Assembly: GCA_050575255.1 (NCBI GenBank)
Contig: JBNZDD010013626.1
Location: forward strand, 2,052,056 to 2,116,055
Direction of reading: 5' to 3'
DNA length: 64,000 nucleotides
DNA from: Harriotta raleighana
Lineage: Eukaryota
How positions within the stretch are numbered: position 1 is the first letter of the stretch; every line of letters begins with the position of its first letter. A model generated the notes under the pieces. The model did no database searches and was not told the DNA's origin. It worked only from the letters and a program-made list of their open reading frames with translations. Positions 1 through 11,946 of this stretch are shown piece by piece. The translations under genes and the position numbers were made by a program.

Positions 1-669
1 GCCTAACTTTGTTTGGAATGTCTTCATAGAACCAGTTTAGCCCTAGGGGATCCTACTTACGCAATTTAAAGAACACTGTGCCATGGCCTAAATTCATAGG
101 TCATGGAGCAATTTTTTTATTTTAAAAAAAACAGAGTCCTACCAGTTGTCAAAATAGGTTTTCATTTTTGAACTACGGTATTCATTTTAAACCTTGCAAC
201 AGCTGTCAAAGAGAAGGGACCAGTAAGCAGTACAATCCTATCTGTGATGATTTAAAATCCCCGCTGCATGAAAGAAAAGAACACAATCCAGTATTTTATT
301 AAAATATAGGCACATTTTTTTAAGAGTCGCCTTTAGTTCTGCTTTTATATTATTTCCTCTCAATTTGTGTTTTATTGTGTGTACCACAGTACAATCTCCT
401 GCAGCATGTGCTTATTTGGAGAATATTAAGTTGTTATTGAGGCTCAGACCACAACACTTAAAATGTATACATGTGGAACTCTGTCTGGTTTGGATCCTCC
501 AATGCATGGTGATGGTTTAATGCATATATCCAGCATTCAGCTGAACAAATAGCATACACCTTCCTTAGGCATTTAAGATATTGTATACTGTATTAAACTT
601 TTTGGGGGGCAAAAAATGTAGCTGCCTGAGTCTGTATTTGAAATTGCAAAACCGCATTCACTCCATTAC

Positions 670-1235
670 CAACAACAAAATTACACTCGCATCGGGAGGA
701 CGTCCAAAGGTGCTGAACAGTCAGGACGGGACCAGAGCAAGGGAAAGTGGCAGGGTAATGGGAAGGGTCGTGAGAGTTGGGAGGGGAGGGAGAGAGTTGG
801 GAGGGTGGTATAAGGCATGGTCGAAGAGGAGGGTCTTGAAGGAGGCGAGGGAGGGAGCAAGATGAAGGGATTTGGTTGGAGTTCCAGAGTGTGGAAGCAG
901 AGAGGCTGAAAGTCTGTCTGCTGATGGTAGGGCGGGTCGGGCAGGGGACATGAAGCACGCCAAAGCCCGCTGAATGGAGTGGGTGGGTGGGTGGTTCATA
1001 GGGGGACAGCAGGTCGGAGAGGTAGTGGGGGTGGCAAGGCTTTGAATGGTTGCGGAGCTTCGTGCTTGGGAGGACACGAGCTACAAAATTCTGGATGATC
1101 TGCAGCTTGTGAAGGGAAGAACCAGAAGGCCAACGAGGAGGAAATTTCCGTAGTCGAACCTTGATGTGATGAATGCGTGGACGAGGGTTTCGGCAGCCTG
1201 AGGAGTGAGGCAGTAGTGGAGTCTGGCATTAATAT
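670..1235 (-). mobile_element. L2-clade LINE 3' fragment, decayed
   Basis: Minus strand reads as L2 ORF2 C-terminal remnants (LAPSLASFKTLLFDHA) ending in a (TTG)n tail shared with other copies in the window. Confidence 0.75.
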
Positions 1236-1468
1236 GCCTTCAGCAAGGAATGTGGCAGAGGTGTGTGTGCATTATAATATAAATTTTATATACAGTATAT
1301 ATGAAATATATATTTGCCCACATTGTGGTTTTACTGCATAACATACAAATGATTTTTTAAAAAAAGCTCTTTATTGGAACTCGGCATGTGTCCAGTGTGG
1401 TTTTAGAAGGCACTTATCTCGATTCCTCTTTCCAGCTGAGCAGCTGACTCGTTGGGTCAGCATTTTTT

Positions 1469-1569
1469 GTGGCTACTGTTACATTACTGTTATTAGCAAA
1501 AATTGGTGGGATACATTTTCTCTGTATCCCACCAATTTTTGCTAATAACAGTAATGTAACAGTAGCCAC
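1469..1569. repeat. Perfect inverted repeat: 47-bp arms with a 7-nt spacer
   Basis: 1469-1515 is the exact reverse complement of 1523-1569; spacer TTTTCTC. Confidence 0.97.
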
Positions 1570-4500
1570 GAAAAGCCTGTGATTTGTTCTGCTCAGAAAT
1601 GCAAGATGCAAGATAGTAGCTCTGATGGTTAATTAGGTATGCTTTACTCACATTTCTTTCAGTCGGGACTCGCAAATCCTCATCTAGTCAGTTACACCAG
1701 CAGGATTCAAGCATTTCCAACTCCTGCAAATAGTTTCATGAGCCAGTAGAGTCTACTAAATAGAATTTATAGCATGTGCCAGCAGTCAGAATCATAAAGT
1801 CAGGGGTATCTAACAAGCTTGGGTAGTTAGTGTTTTACCATTTCATTTTGGGGGGATGAGGGGATAAAACATAGTCACCCAGAAGGAAGCTAGAGTACAA
1901 AGGATCTGCTCTGCACATCACTTCATTCCTTGTCAAAGAAGGGCTAAGATGATTGAGCAAAATGAATTCTCAATGGGGCCTAAGATGATTGAGCAAAATG
2001 AAACACTCAGAGGGTTAATTGACTCTCAACCCATTTCTGTACTCGAATCCAAAATTAATTTGGCATGACTTTTGGTGTTCCTACCTCTCAGGACTCATTA
2101 GACCTGTTAGACATGGAAAAGAAACAGTAGAAATTGATACTTTAGTTGTTGCTGAAACCATTGTGGTCGATGGAATTAATGCATTATGTAAATCAAAGTG
2201 AACACTTTGATGGTTGAGTCCTCTGGAATTAATTTAAGCTCAAATGGATGGGAAAAGAATCTACTCCAGTTCCTCTTCAATTAGGTATGCAAAATGTGCA
2301 GTGTATTGTGGGTTTCAGACTGTCTGCAATAATTATCGCTAAGATTTCAAGTGTATTTATTGATGGTGAGCAGTGTCTTTTGTGAATCGACATCCAGAAT
2401 GTGTTGTACACAATCTAGGAATTTATCAGCTTTGTACTTCAACATAAATTTTCTATTATTGTGTTTAATGCAATGAATGGGGAGTGGCATTCCTGGTAAA
2501 TAGAACCTTTTTTCCTCTCTGCAATCTTACCGTTGAACATTTTCTAGGTCAAACATAAAAATGGCTGAATTCAATAGTCAATTCCTTCTCCATTACCGAG
2601 ACAAAGCAACCACAATCCCAACTTTGTTATTTTGGTGATTTATACACATCATTCCAGATCTCATTTGATCTTGGTGTGTATTGAAGCTCTGTTCATTGCT
2701 CAGAGATGCAGATTTGAAAATTCAGATTAGGCACTCCATTCACTTATTCTGCTTTCAATATTTGAGTTCTTCGCTGCCAAGTTTGAGTACTCTGACCTTC
2801 ACCTCACTTCTAAACACTGGCTATCATTATAAACTGAGCCATTCTGCCCTATGGCCATGAAGCACAAGGCTGACAATACCGCATTTACAGTTTTAATATG
2901 AGTAGGAAGTGCAAATTTAGAAAAATCAATGCATCTGCAGAATTTTAAAAGAGAAAGTTGTTTATTTCCACCCCATCTCTCCCTCACTTATAGGCCAACA
3001 TTGTGCTGTCATAGAAATCTATCGAATCACTATGGATAAAAAGCCCTATATACATCAAGAGCCTTGTTACATTCAATCAGATGGATACAGTTGTGTTTAG
3101 GCTAGTTTACTATTCTGCCTGTACTGAATGGATTATCTTGCTTTGAACTAAAATGTTGAAAGTGCTTTTCTTAGTCTTTTTTTGTTTAACTGATTCTGCC
3201 TTCATGCGGCTTCCACATGCACATACCAGCAACTCACCTGACAGTTGTAAGAAGAAGGGAGCTTAGCTGGTTCCCATCACCCAAATTCAACTGTTGAGGC
3301 CAAATTGTAGTACTTTATTCATAACAAAGCTAAATTTGGAGGACATTGCTCCATCTCTGGATAAAATGATCTAATGCATCAGTAACGGATAGGGTTCATA
3401 GAGAATACTGGGAAGGCAGTAATTGATTTCCCTATATTGTACATTGAAAATGAGATCAATAGCCTTTGGTTTTCAATTGGGTCGTTTTTAGATGGTTGCT
3501 GTGATATGTGAAGGATAAATAAAGTTCAAAGAATCAACAATTTGCGACAAGAGCCTCGCTAGTAACACACAGTCTATAAAACCATGTAAACAAAAATCCT
3601 TCATCATTAAGATAACCTATTATTTTGTAAACCAGAATATTATATTGATATTGAATTCATTTTGATTGTTCAGTAATGTGAGTTGCTTCCCTTTTTGTAG
3701 GCTGATTAAAGCTGCCATCATTGTTGACTAGTATTGTGCTCAGACTAATTTCATTAGATTACCGTAACAATCTGTTTTTAAAAAAAATTAATCCTTATCT
3801 CAACAGATGTCTGAGAGAATCCACCTGGTCTTTATCCAGTTGGATTGATGTGATTTCAATGAGGCACGATTTGCTGGCTGTGGCAAAGATGAATACTGCC
3901 CTTACCATAGATCCCAGTTAATTGTTTTTGAATGTTTTCATGGCTTGTAATTATTACGAGTTATATTCTTGCTAGGCTACTGCATATTGTATTCTATTAG
4001 AAATTCTGCAATATATGCAATAGTATGTTTCACGAGACATCCTCTGTATAATCCGTAGATGAGGGAGGATTTTAATTCAATTAATCCTGGAGAGAAAGTG
4101 GAAGGATTTGAGGTTTTGAAATAATGCATAACAACTTGTATTTATAATATTGTGCCCTTCACAAATGATACTGTATTGGAGACCTTTACAATGACTGTAT
4201 CAGACATGCAGCATGGGACGGTGCTTTGAGACTTCCAGAAGACGTGCAAAGTGCTATCAAATGCAAGAATTATTATTTATTATTAAGGGAATGGTGTCAA
4301 CGAGATAAATTTTAAGGAGAGACTTCAAGTCAGATAGATTTAAGGTCTGGTAGGCAATAGTGGAATATGTTTCAAATGTTAATAATTGTAACTGAATTTT
4401 TTATAGTTGTGTGTGTGTATGAATTATCTTCAACATTGCTTTGTTTTCGCCTCTGACACCTGGACAGTTGTTTGGCAGATGGTTTATCCTTTATGTTTTA

Positions 4501-4698
4501 AACACAGCACAAGGCATCCAATAATTTACAATTCTGTCATTTCACTTCTGCAATCGAGTCCAGACAATTGGAATGAAAATGTAATTTTCAATTAAGGAAG
4601 TAATTATTATATTAAGGAAGTGAAAAAATAGTATTTACAATTTGTTTAGTTATTCATTGTGCATCCCCCTTCCTCCAACTTTTTTCCATTAGATTATT

Positions 4699-4990
4699 AA
4701 TAATAATAATTCTTGCATTTGATATAGCGCTTTTTAAATTTTCTAGACGTCTCAAAGCACTACACAGTATACATTGTAAAGTGAATTGACCATATATTTG
4801 TGGTAGAAACAAGGCAGCCAATTGCGGTGTCCCACAAACAGTCATGGATTGAAATGACCAATTTTTATTATTGTGTTGTTTTGGAGGGATTATTATTAGG
4901 AATATGTGTAGAGTAAGGAAACTTGCCCAAGGTTTCACCCTGCATGGAATTGAACCCAGGCAATTGCTCTGACCACTGAGCTACCAGACT
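4699..4990 (-). mobile_element. tRNA-derived SINE, near full length
   Basis: Reverse complement of the SINE at 15411-15730: A/B-box head, central body and AAATGCAAG(ATT)n tail. Confidence 0.85.
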
Positions 4991-6810
4991 GGTTTGCAAA
5001 TGCCTTCCATTTATGTACACATTATGCAGTGTGTTCAAAATGAAACAGTTCAAATAATTTTTCTAAGAGTTCAATTATTTCACTGTATTATTTATTTATT
5101 TATTTATTTCACTTATTTCCTGAAGGTACTAACTTGTACCACTGTAGTTCAGTGACCTCCCTTCAGAACATCATCTAAATAAGCCAAACTAATTAATCAC
5201 CATGGGCATCATAGCCAGACGGGATTCGATCATGGTGAGACCTTAGAATTTTACGACAATTGTTACCATGAATCTGGCTATGAACCAGGGGACACATTAT
5301 TCCTTGGCTTGAATTTGTGCAATGGAATGGAATTTATTTGTACCTGTAAGACATTTTGGAATGGAACTTTTATTTCCCCTCAAATCTAATATTGCCTGCT
5401 GGAGATTTCCCAACCAGGGAGATTATACTTGGTACTTTGAAGAGTTTCAGTTCTAAAATCCTTGGCAGCTGTGTAACTTTTTTTTAAAATTAAAAATCAC
5501 CGAGCTATAGCAGTGCAGCAGAAGCCATGCACTGGACAGAGCTCTTGCTGTTGTGAGTTCGAACTCCAGCTGTGAACAACAATCCTGTCTTGTCTAACGC
5601 AAATGGAATGAATGTCACCAACTCGTTCCCTCGTCTCTAATATGTGAGGATACCACTTGCAGGAAAATAAATCTTGCTTTGCTGCATTTATAATTTACAC
5701 AGTAAATCCTGTCCAGGGCTTTTAATCATCCTCCCAAGTACTTTATCAAATGAGAGGATGATTGTTATTTTCTACCTCCCATCACTTAGAGTAAGGAGCT
5801 TAAAATGCCTTGGAAGTGACTGTGCAATTTTTAATTCCTTTATCCTTGTACTACACCGATGAAGAGATTGTATGGTGTAAATACTCTGTATGAGACATGA
5901 AAATAGATGAGACAAATCTATTTTTGCTGCAGAATAAAATAAAATGTGCCTGGAGGATTGTATTTGTAGAATGTACTTGCATGGCTGTAATGATAAACAT
6001 ACTAATACTAAATACTAATACTAAAAGATTATAAGTAATCTTTTTAAATGTTTGTTGCATTTTGCTCATTTACAGAATATTTGGGACTCCCTTGCAAGAT
6101 TTCTTCCAAAGAAATGGGTACTTATAAAAAAAAATTCTAAAACATTACCACATTTGAAGTTTTAGAATTCAATAACTGCACATTTCTTAAGACATCTGCT
6201 AAACAATAGTTCAAATTAGATTCCAGTATCAAATGATAGTGTTGGCTGCATAAGATGATTTTAATATGAAATTCTGGTTCCCAGAGATTCTAAAACAAGT
6301 TTAATCATATCCTTTAATTTTCGATTACCTGTTCATCCATGACTTTCTGGGTTGAAATCAGTTACTGATAGAGCAATGCATTTGTTTTGTGTGGCAAAAA
6401 TATCCAAACACTTAAAGATTCCATTTGTCCTAAGTGTTCATCTCATGCCTACATATGGTGACAACACATGGTGCTGATTGCATTCAGGTAGAGAGCCAAG
6501 TATGCTGTTTAAGCAATAACTCACAACTTTGCTAAAAGTAATCAATAACTGGCTACTGTACAAGTTACAAGTCGAAACAATCTGAATATTGGTTATGGAA
6601 GTAATCCTTTACTTTCTAAGTGCCACATTGAAGAAACATGATTGGGAAATTTCTCAATAATATCCACACTATATTTTCCATTGAATTGGTCGAAGGTAAA
6701 TATCCCCTTCTAATGCTGCTCTCTAGTGGTACTCGAGTGTAAACACAGCTCTGTGGCTTGATTGAATTGGAAGTTTTATAACTTGCGCAGAAAATAAAAA
6801 CAGTTGTTGA

Positions 6811-7790
6811 TAATAATAAACCTTGCACTTGTTATAGCACCATAATATATTTTTGAGATCTCAAAGCGCTTCACACAATACAGCATACACTGAATTGACT
6901 GAATTCTATAGAAAGATGTATAATTTCCTTCAGCTAAATATTGACAAGACGGAAGCCATACTCTTTGACTCTCATCAACGTCTTCAATCATACGGTTCTC
7001 ATCTGCTCCACCTACCCGATCTGCCCTAAAACTCTCCAAACCCATATGCAACCTAGGCATCAGGATCAAACCCAATTATCCTTCCTCCCCTACATCCGGT
7101 CCCCCACCAGCAACGCTTTCGTCCATCTCCGACGCTTTACCCATCTTCGCCAATATCTCACCCCAAAAGCTGCCGAAACCCTGCTCCATGCCTTTGTCAC
7201 CTCTCAGCTGGACTATTCAAATGCCCTGCTTGCCGGTCTCTTCTCCGCTACCTTTCATAAAATCCAGGTCATCCAGAATTCTGCCTCCCTAATTACCCCA
7301 GGCCTTGCCAGACTGTATTGGCTCCCTGTCCCGGAGAGGATCGATTTCAAGAACCTCACTCTTGTTTTCAAATCCCTCCACTCCTCTGCACCCCCTCTCT
7401 GACCTCCTCTCTCCTCACAACAGTACCCATTGACTTCGCCGGGCCTCATCCTTGTCCCCTGAATCTTCTGCTCCACCATCGACCGCCATGCCTTCAGCCA
7501 CTATGCACCAAGGCTCTGGAACTCCCTTCCTCACTCCCTTCACCTCAACCCTCTCTTCCTACTTTCAGGTCTTGGCTAAAGACCTTTTCGACCGCGCTTT
7601 CGGTCACCTTCTTCCCCCTCCCCCTGGCTCGGCCCTGGGATCCATTATTGTGAAGTGCTCCGAGACGCCATCTGGCATGGAGGGCGCTATATAAATCCAA
7701 GTTGTTGAATACTTTGTGGACGATATGCAGAAGCTAATTGCGCGTAGCAGAGTCCCACAAACAGTCGTGGATTGAGTGATTAACTTAACA
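6811..7790 (-). mobile_element. SINE 3' half split by a nested L2 fragment (pieces ~6811-6904 and ~7707-7790)
   Basis: The tail piece and the body piece are consecutive parts of the same SINE consensus on either side of the L2. Confidence 0.7.
6918..7706 (+). mobile_element. L2-clade LINE, 5'-truncated
   Basis: Remnant ORF2 peptides NFLQLNIDKTEA, AETLLHAFVTSQLDYSNALLAG, LYWLPVPERIDFK; ends GGCGCTATATAAATCCAAGTTGTTG. Confidence 0.9.
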
Positions 7791-7828
7791 CAAACTTAAT
7801 TTCTGCCTATTGTTTTTAAATCCTGCAG

Positions 7829-7872
7829 GAGGCAGATAGTACTGATGAAGAACGCAGATCCCAACCTCGTAG
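7829..7872 (+). CDS. ssh2: Slingshot phosphatase 2, coding exon 2 (44 nt; EADSTDEERRSQPR-S)
   Basis: tcctgcag|GAG acceptor and AG|gtaagt donor; peptide resembles the SSH2 N-terminus EADSxxEExRSQPRS; phase 2 end joins exon 3 (AG+T = Ser). Confidence 0.9.
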
Positions 7873-9596
7873 GTAAGTGTTTCCACTGCATTTTTAAGCA
7901 GTTAGAACAACTAATGACTGATGCACTTCCTTATAAGCAGGACATTTTCCGTTTGACTTCAACCATTTGACTTTTGGAAATAGCAAGGAAATTATTAAAC
8001 TGCTTTATTTAATCAGTGTCATGGCATGAAGCAGTGGAATGTCATAGTGCAAGGATACATGTTTGTTCCCATCCCACTGATCTGAGTCAGGTTGTTCAGG
8101 AAGGCACTGACTGGAGGGAAGCCACTGACTGGAGGGAAGCCAGAGCATCTGTCCTTTCCAAACTATGGTTCAGTATGTGAGTTTCCCATTGCAGTAAGCC
8201 ATAGAATGCGTTAGTAATGCCTTGTTCCCAGACTGGTGCCACTCTTAGCCACAGAAGCCATCTGACCAATAAATTCTGTGTTTATCAAATACTTTATGGG
8301 TCATGTGCTGCACATTGTGTACGACAAACAGGATTTTAATTCAGAGTTTATAAATGGTTTTGATCCTTCACAGTCTTGTGTTTCACATGGTCTGCTTGCC
8401 CGATCACATTGCTTGTCAGCATTTGATAAGATCCAAAGATGGATTATTTTTAACTTTCATGCCAATCCTAAGGTGCTTTCAAAATGTTTTTGGAACTCAT
8501 TTCAGAAAAGGTAACAAAAAGGATTTTGAAGTTCATTGTATTCAAATTGAAAACCGGCTTGGCAATAGAGCAATGAGTGAGGAAAGATTTCTGAGTACAC
8601 TGAGTACTGGACTTTGCATTCAGTTGCTATTCATATTCTAGGAATAATCAAATATGATGGCAGCTTTAGGCTGTATGGTCAGTTGAGAGATTGATAGAAT
8701 TTGAGAGGGTCTGGGAAACGTAAATCATTGTAGGAAGGACTTTAATGTGGATTATGGACATTGGAATGGGGGAAAAATGATTTGACAACTGGATGATTGT
8801 GGTTTCTGGCTTGAAAATGCACTGTCAACATTGTTTCACAGGAGCTGTGAGTGTTGCTTGGTTTCCAAACATGAATGTTTTTTGGGGAAAATAATTTGGA
8901 ATATTTTGTTGGAATGCAGCATCTGATTATTTGAGCCCTGGGCATTTTCTCTTTGACTGCAATACTTGAGACGGTAGAATTGGTTTGGGTTTGTGTTGCA
9001 ATTCAGAGGTTTGTGCAGAGTTGCGCAAAGTCTAAGTACTGTAGTATTGTAGTTTGACTGTAAATGAATTGCATCTGTTTTACCGTTCAGGAGTTGGCAA
9101 ACTACCTATTTTGTATGTTTCAACATGTGTAATTCAGGCTCCTTCTAAGAAAACAAAAGAGGAGAATGAATTGAGATTGCATTCCAAATGAGTTCTCGCC
9201 AAATGCCAGCTATCTTGACTACTATTCCTTGTTCATTTTAATTCTTAGTTAATTAACTGGCTTCAGTCTAAGAATAATAGTGTTAAAATTGTTACCGTAG
9301 AAACTCATATCTAAAGGACTATTAATAACAATGAAGTACTGTTTGCTATTTGATATGCTTTTCTACTTTTTAAATCTCAAATATATTTAAGCAGTATTCT
9401 AGTGTTAAAAGGGCATATTTTCTAAAGATACCTATTATTAATGACCTAGCAGAGGATGAAAGTTGTGTATGTTTCAGAATAGTCATTCATTTTTCTGCAA
9501 TTAAAATGGTCTTGCAGCATTCTTGCCAATTGAACATAGGTCATGGTCTTCAATCCAAGCCACAGTATGATTCTTGCTAAAGTAATCCTGCAGACT

Positions 9597-10863
9597 ACAA
9601 CAACAACAAAATTACCTTTGTATAGCACCTTTCAGGTCAGGAGGACGTCCCAAGGCGCTGGACAGTCAGTATTTCAGACCCGAGCTGGGGTCAGGATTGT
9701 GGAGGGTGGATGGAAAGGAGGGGATTTGGGGTGACTGATGGGATCGTCAAAGAGGAGAGATTTGAGGTGGGACTTGAAGGAGGCTAGGGAGGGAGCAAGG
9801 CGGAGTGACTTCCAGGCGGGATGGAATTCCAGAGGTATGAGGCAGAGTGGCTGAAGGCTTGTCCACCGATGGTGGGGTGAGTGGGTCGGGAGACACAGAG
9901 CAGGCCAGAGGACGTTGAGTGAAGGGAGTGGGCAGGTTGGTAGAGGGTTAGGAGGTCGCAATGCTAGGATGAGGTGGAGGGCTTTAAATGCAAGGACAAT
10001 TATCTTGAATTGAAGCCTCTGGGTGATGAGGAGCCAATGGAGTCGAGCGACAATGGGGAAGATGGGGTCATAGAGTTTAGAGTGGTGGAGGATACAGGCC
10101 GCAGTGTTCTGGATGATCTGCAGCCTATTAAGGGAGGAGTTGGGAAGGCTGACAGGGAATAGTTGAGCCTGGATGTGATGAAGGCATGAATGAGGGTTTC
10201 AGCAGCCTGAGGGGTGAGGTAGTGGTTGGAGTCGGGCAACGTTGCGGAGGTGAGGGAAGGCAGAGAGGGTCATGGCTTGGATGTGGGAGAGAAAAGACAG
10301 CTCTCATCCAGGACTTGATGTCTGATAGGCAGTGGTTCTGGAATTGAGGGTAGAGGCAGAAAGATAGAGTTGGGTGTCATCCGCATTCATGTGGAATTTG
10401 ACCCCGTGTCAGTGGATGATGTCACCGAGGGGGAGCATGTAGATATTGAAAAGTAGGGATCCAAGGACAGAGCCCTGAGGGATGCCACAGGTGACAGTGC
10501 AGGGGCTAGAGAGAAGCCATTGGTGGCCACAAAGTGGACATGGTGAGAGAGGTAAGAGTCGAACTAGGCAAGGGCAGATCCGTGAAGATTGAGCTGGGAA
10601 GAGAGGTGGTATAGAATTTTGGAGTGGTCGACAGTGTCAAAAGCAGCAGAGAGATGAAGGAGGGAGAGAGAGCCCTGATCACAGAGGTTTAGCATGTTGT
10701 TAGAGACTTTAACCAGGGCTGTTTCCGTGCTGTGGGCAACAGGGAAACCAGATTGTAGGGGTTCAAAGAGGGAATGGCGAGAGAAAGGAGCGGAGCTGGG
10801 ACGCAATGACTTATTTCAGGGCCTTAGAGCAGAGTAGGAGATTGGAAATGGGGCGGTAGTTGG
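9597..10863 (-). mobile_element. L2-clade LINE fragment with a decayed reverse transcriptase region
   Basis: Minus-strand remnants [60 protein letters not shown], broken by stops and frameshifts; (TTG)n tail at ~9597-9610. Confidence 0.92.
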
Positions 10864-10954
10864 AAACTAGCTGGAATTCTACAATTATATCTTAGTCCAT
10901 CAGTATGGAGGTCTATAACCTTTAGACATAATATACAGTCAATTTTTTCTTACT

Positions 10955-11066
10955 TTCCTTCCCCTGACCCTCCCCACCCCCCACTCTGATCCCCACTTGA
11001 CTGTACAGCGCCTTGGGACGTCCTCCCGACGTGAAAGGAGCAATATAAATGTAATTTTGATTGATT
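10955..11066 (+). mobile_element. L2 3'-end fragment
   Basis: CAGCGCCTTGGGACGTCCTCCCGACGTGAAAGG...ATATAAATGTAATTTTG matches the L2 terminus at 9597-9665 in the opposite orientation. Confidence 0.75.
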
Positions 11067-11694
11067 GATATAAGACTTCTAGACCTCAGATTGTTCTTGT
11101 GAATGCAGGCAGATTACTTTGTTCCTGGTCTGTGCCAATGCTTTTCTTGGCCATGAAACAATTTTTTTAATTCAAAAGCAGCACTCATTAAAAATATTTT
11201 TTGCCATTTACCTGGATACAGACTAAGCTTCAGAGTTCAGCAGGAGGGCTCCGATGACATCTGTCTGGTTAAAAGTTCTTGCATAACACTTCCCAGAGAT
11301 GGAAGATTCTTTCATTGCATGCCCCACCTTGGTGGAAATGACTAAACTTCTTACGTCACTCGCACTACTGATTTGTTAAATATCCCTTAGGCTCCAAATA
11401 TAACTCTGGCAAGCATCTCAACTATCAGGTTAAGGGCCAACTCAGTAAAGTTTATTGTAGTCTTTAAAGGGGTGTTACCTCCGTATTGGGAAATGCTCTA
11501 AAGCAGAGCCACTTCTTGAAATATCATATTCATAAAACATGACAATTTAATGTAGACTTTCAAGCAATCTTGTGTTTGGGCCCATATTTTACAATTAAAA
11601 TTTTTGCAGTACAGTATTTTAATTGGGCCAGTTTATACCAGCAGAAATAATGGGTCCCCCAATGATGTTACTATATTATATTATCATATCACAT

Positions 11695-11946
11695 GGAGCC
11701 CTGTAGCTCGGGTAGTTAGAGCAGTCACCTCGCAAATGAGAGGAGCCGGGGTTCAATTAAATAATACTAATTTGGTCACTCAATCCAAGACTCCTCAAGG
11801 GATATTGCTGTGCACAATTGGTGGCTGTATTTCATCCACAATATATTCACTGTACAGTCATTTTACTTTCCATTATATTCTGTGGAAGCACTTTAATATG
11901 TCTCAGATATGATAAGCCACTATATGAAATGCAAGGATTGTTATTA
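11695..11946 (+). mobile_element. tRNA-derived SINE, diverged
   Basis: Head GGAGCCCTGTAGCTCGGGTAGTTAGAGC, body GCTGTGCACAATTGG, tail AAATGCAAGGATT. Confidence 0.75.

Noticed and set aside
1944-2002. CRISPR-like repeat-spacer-repeat
   Set aside because: Only two repeats with a 13-nt spacer, in a vertebrate intron with no cas genes.
2092-2140. Possible extra cassette exon before exon 2 (good acceptor CTACCTCTCAG)
   Set aside because: The phase-0 frame needed to join exon 2 reaches TAG after 12 codons, with no convincing donor before it.
6941-7402. 153-aa ORF, and 10564..10806 with reverse-transcriptase motifs, as possible genes
   Set aside because: Fragments of broken L2 ORF2 with stops and frameshifts; not host genes or intact elements.
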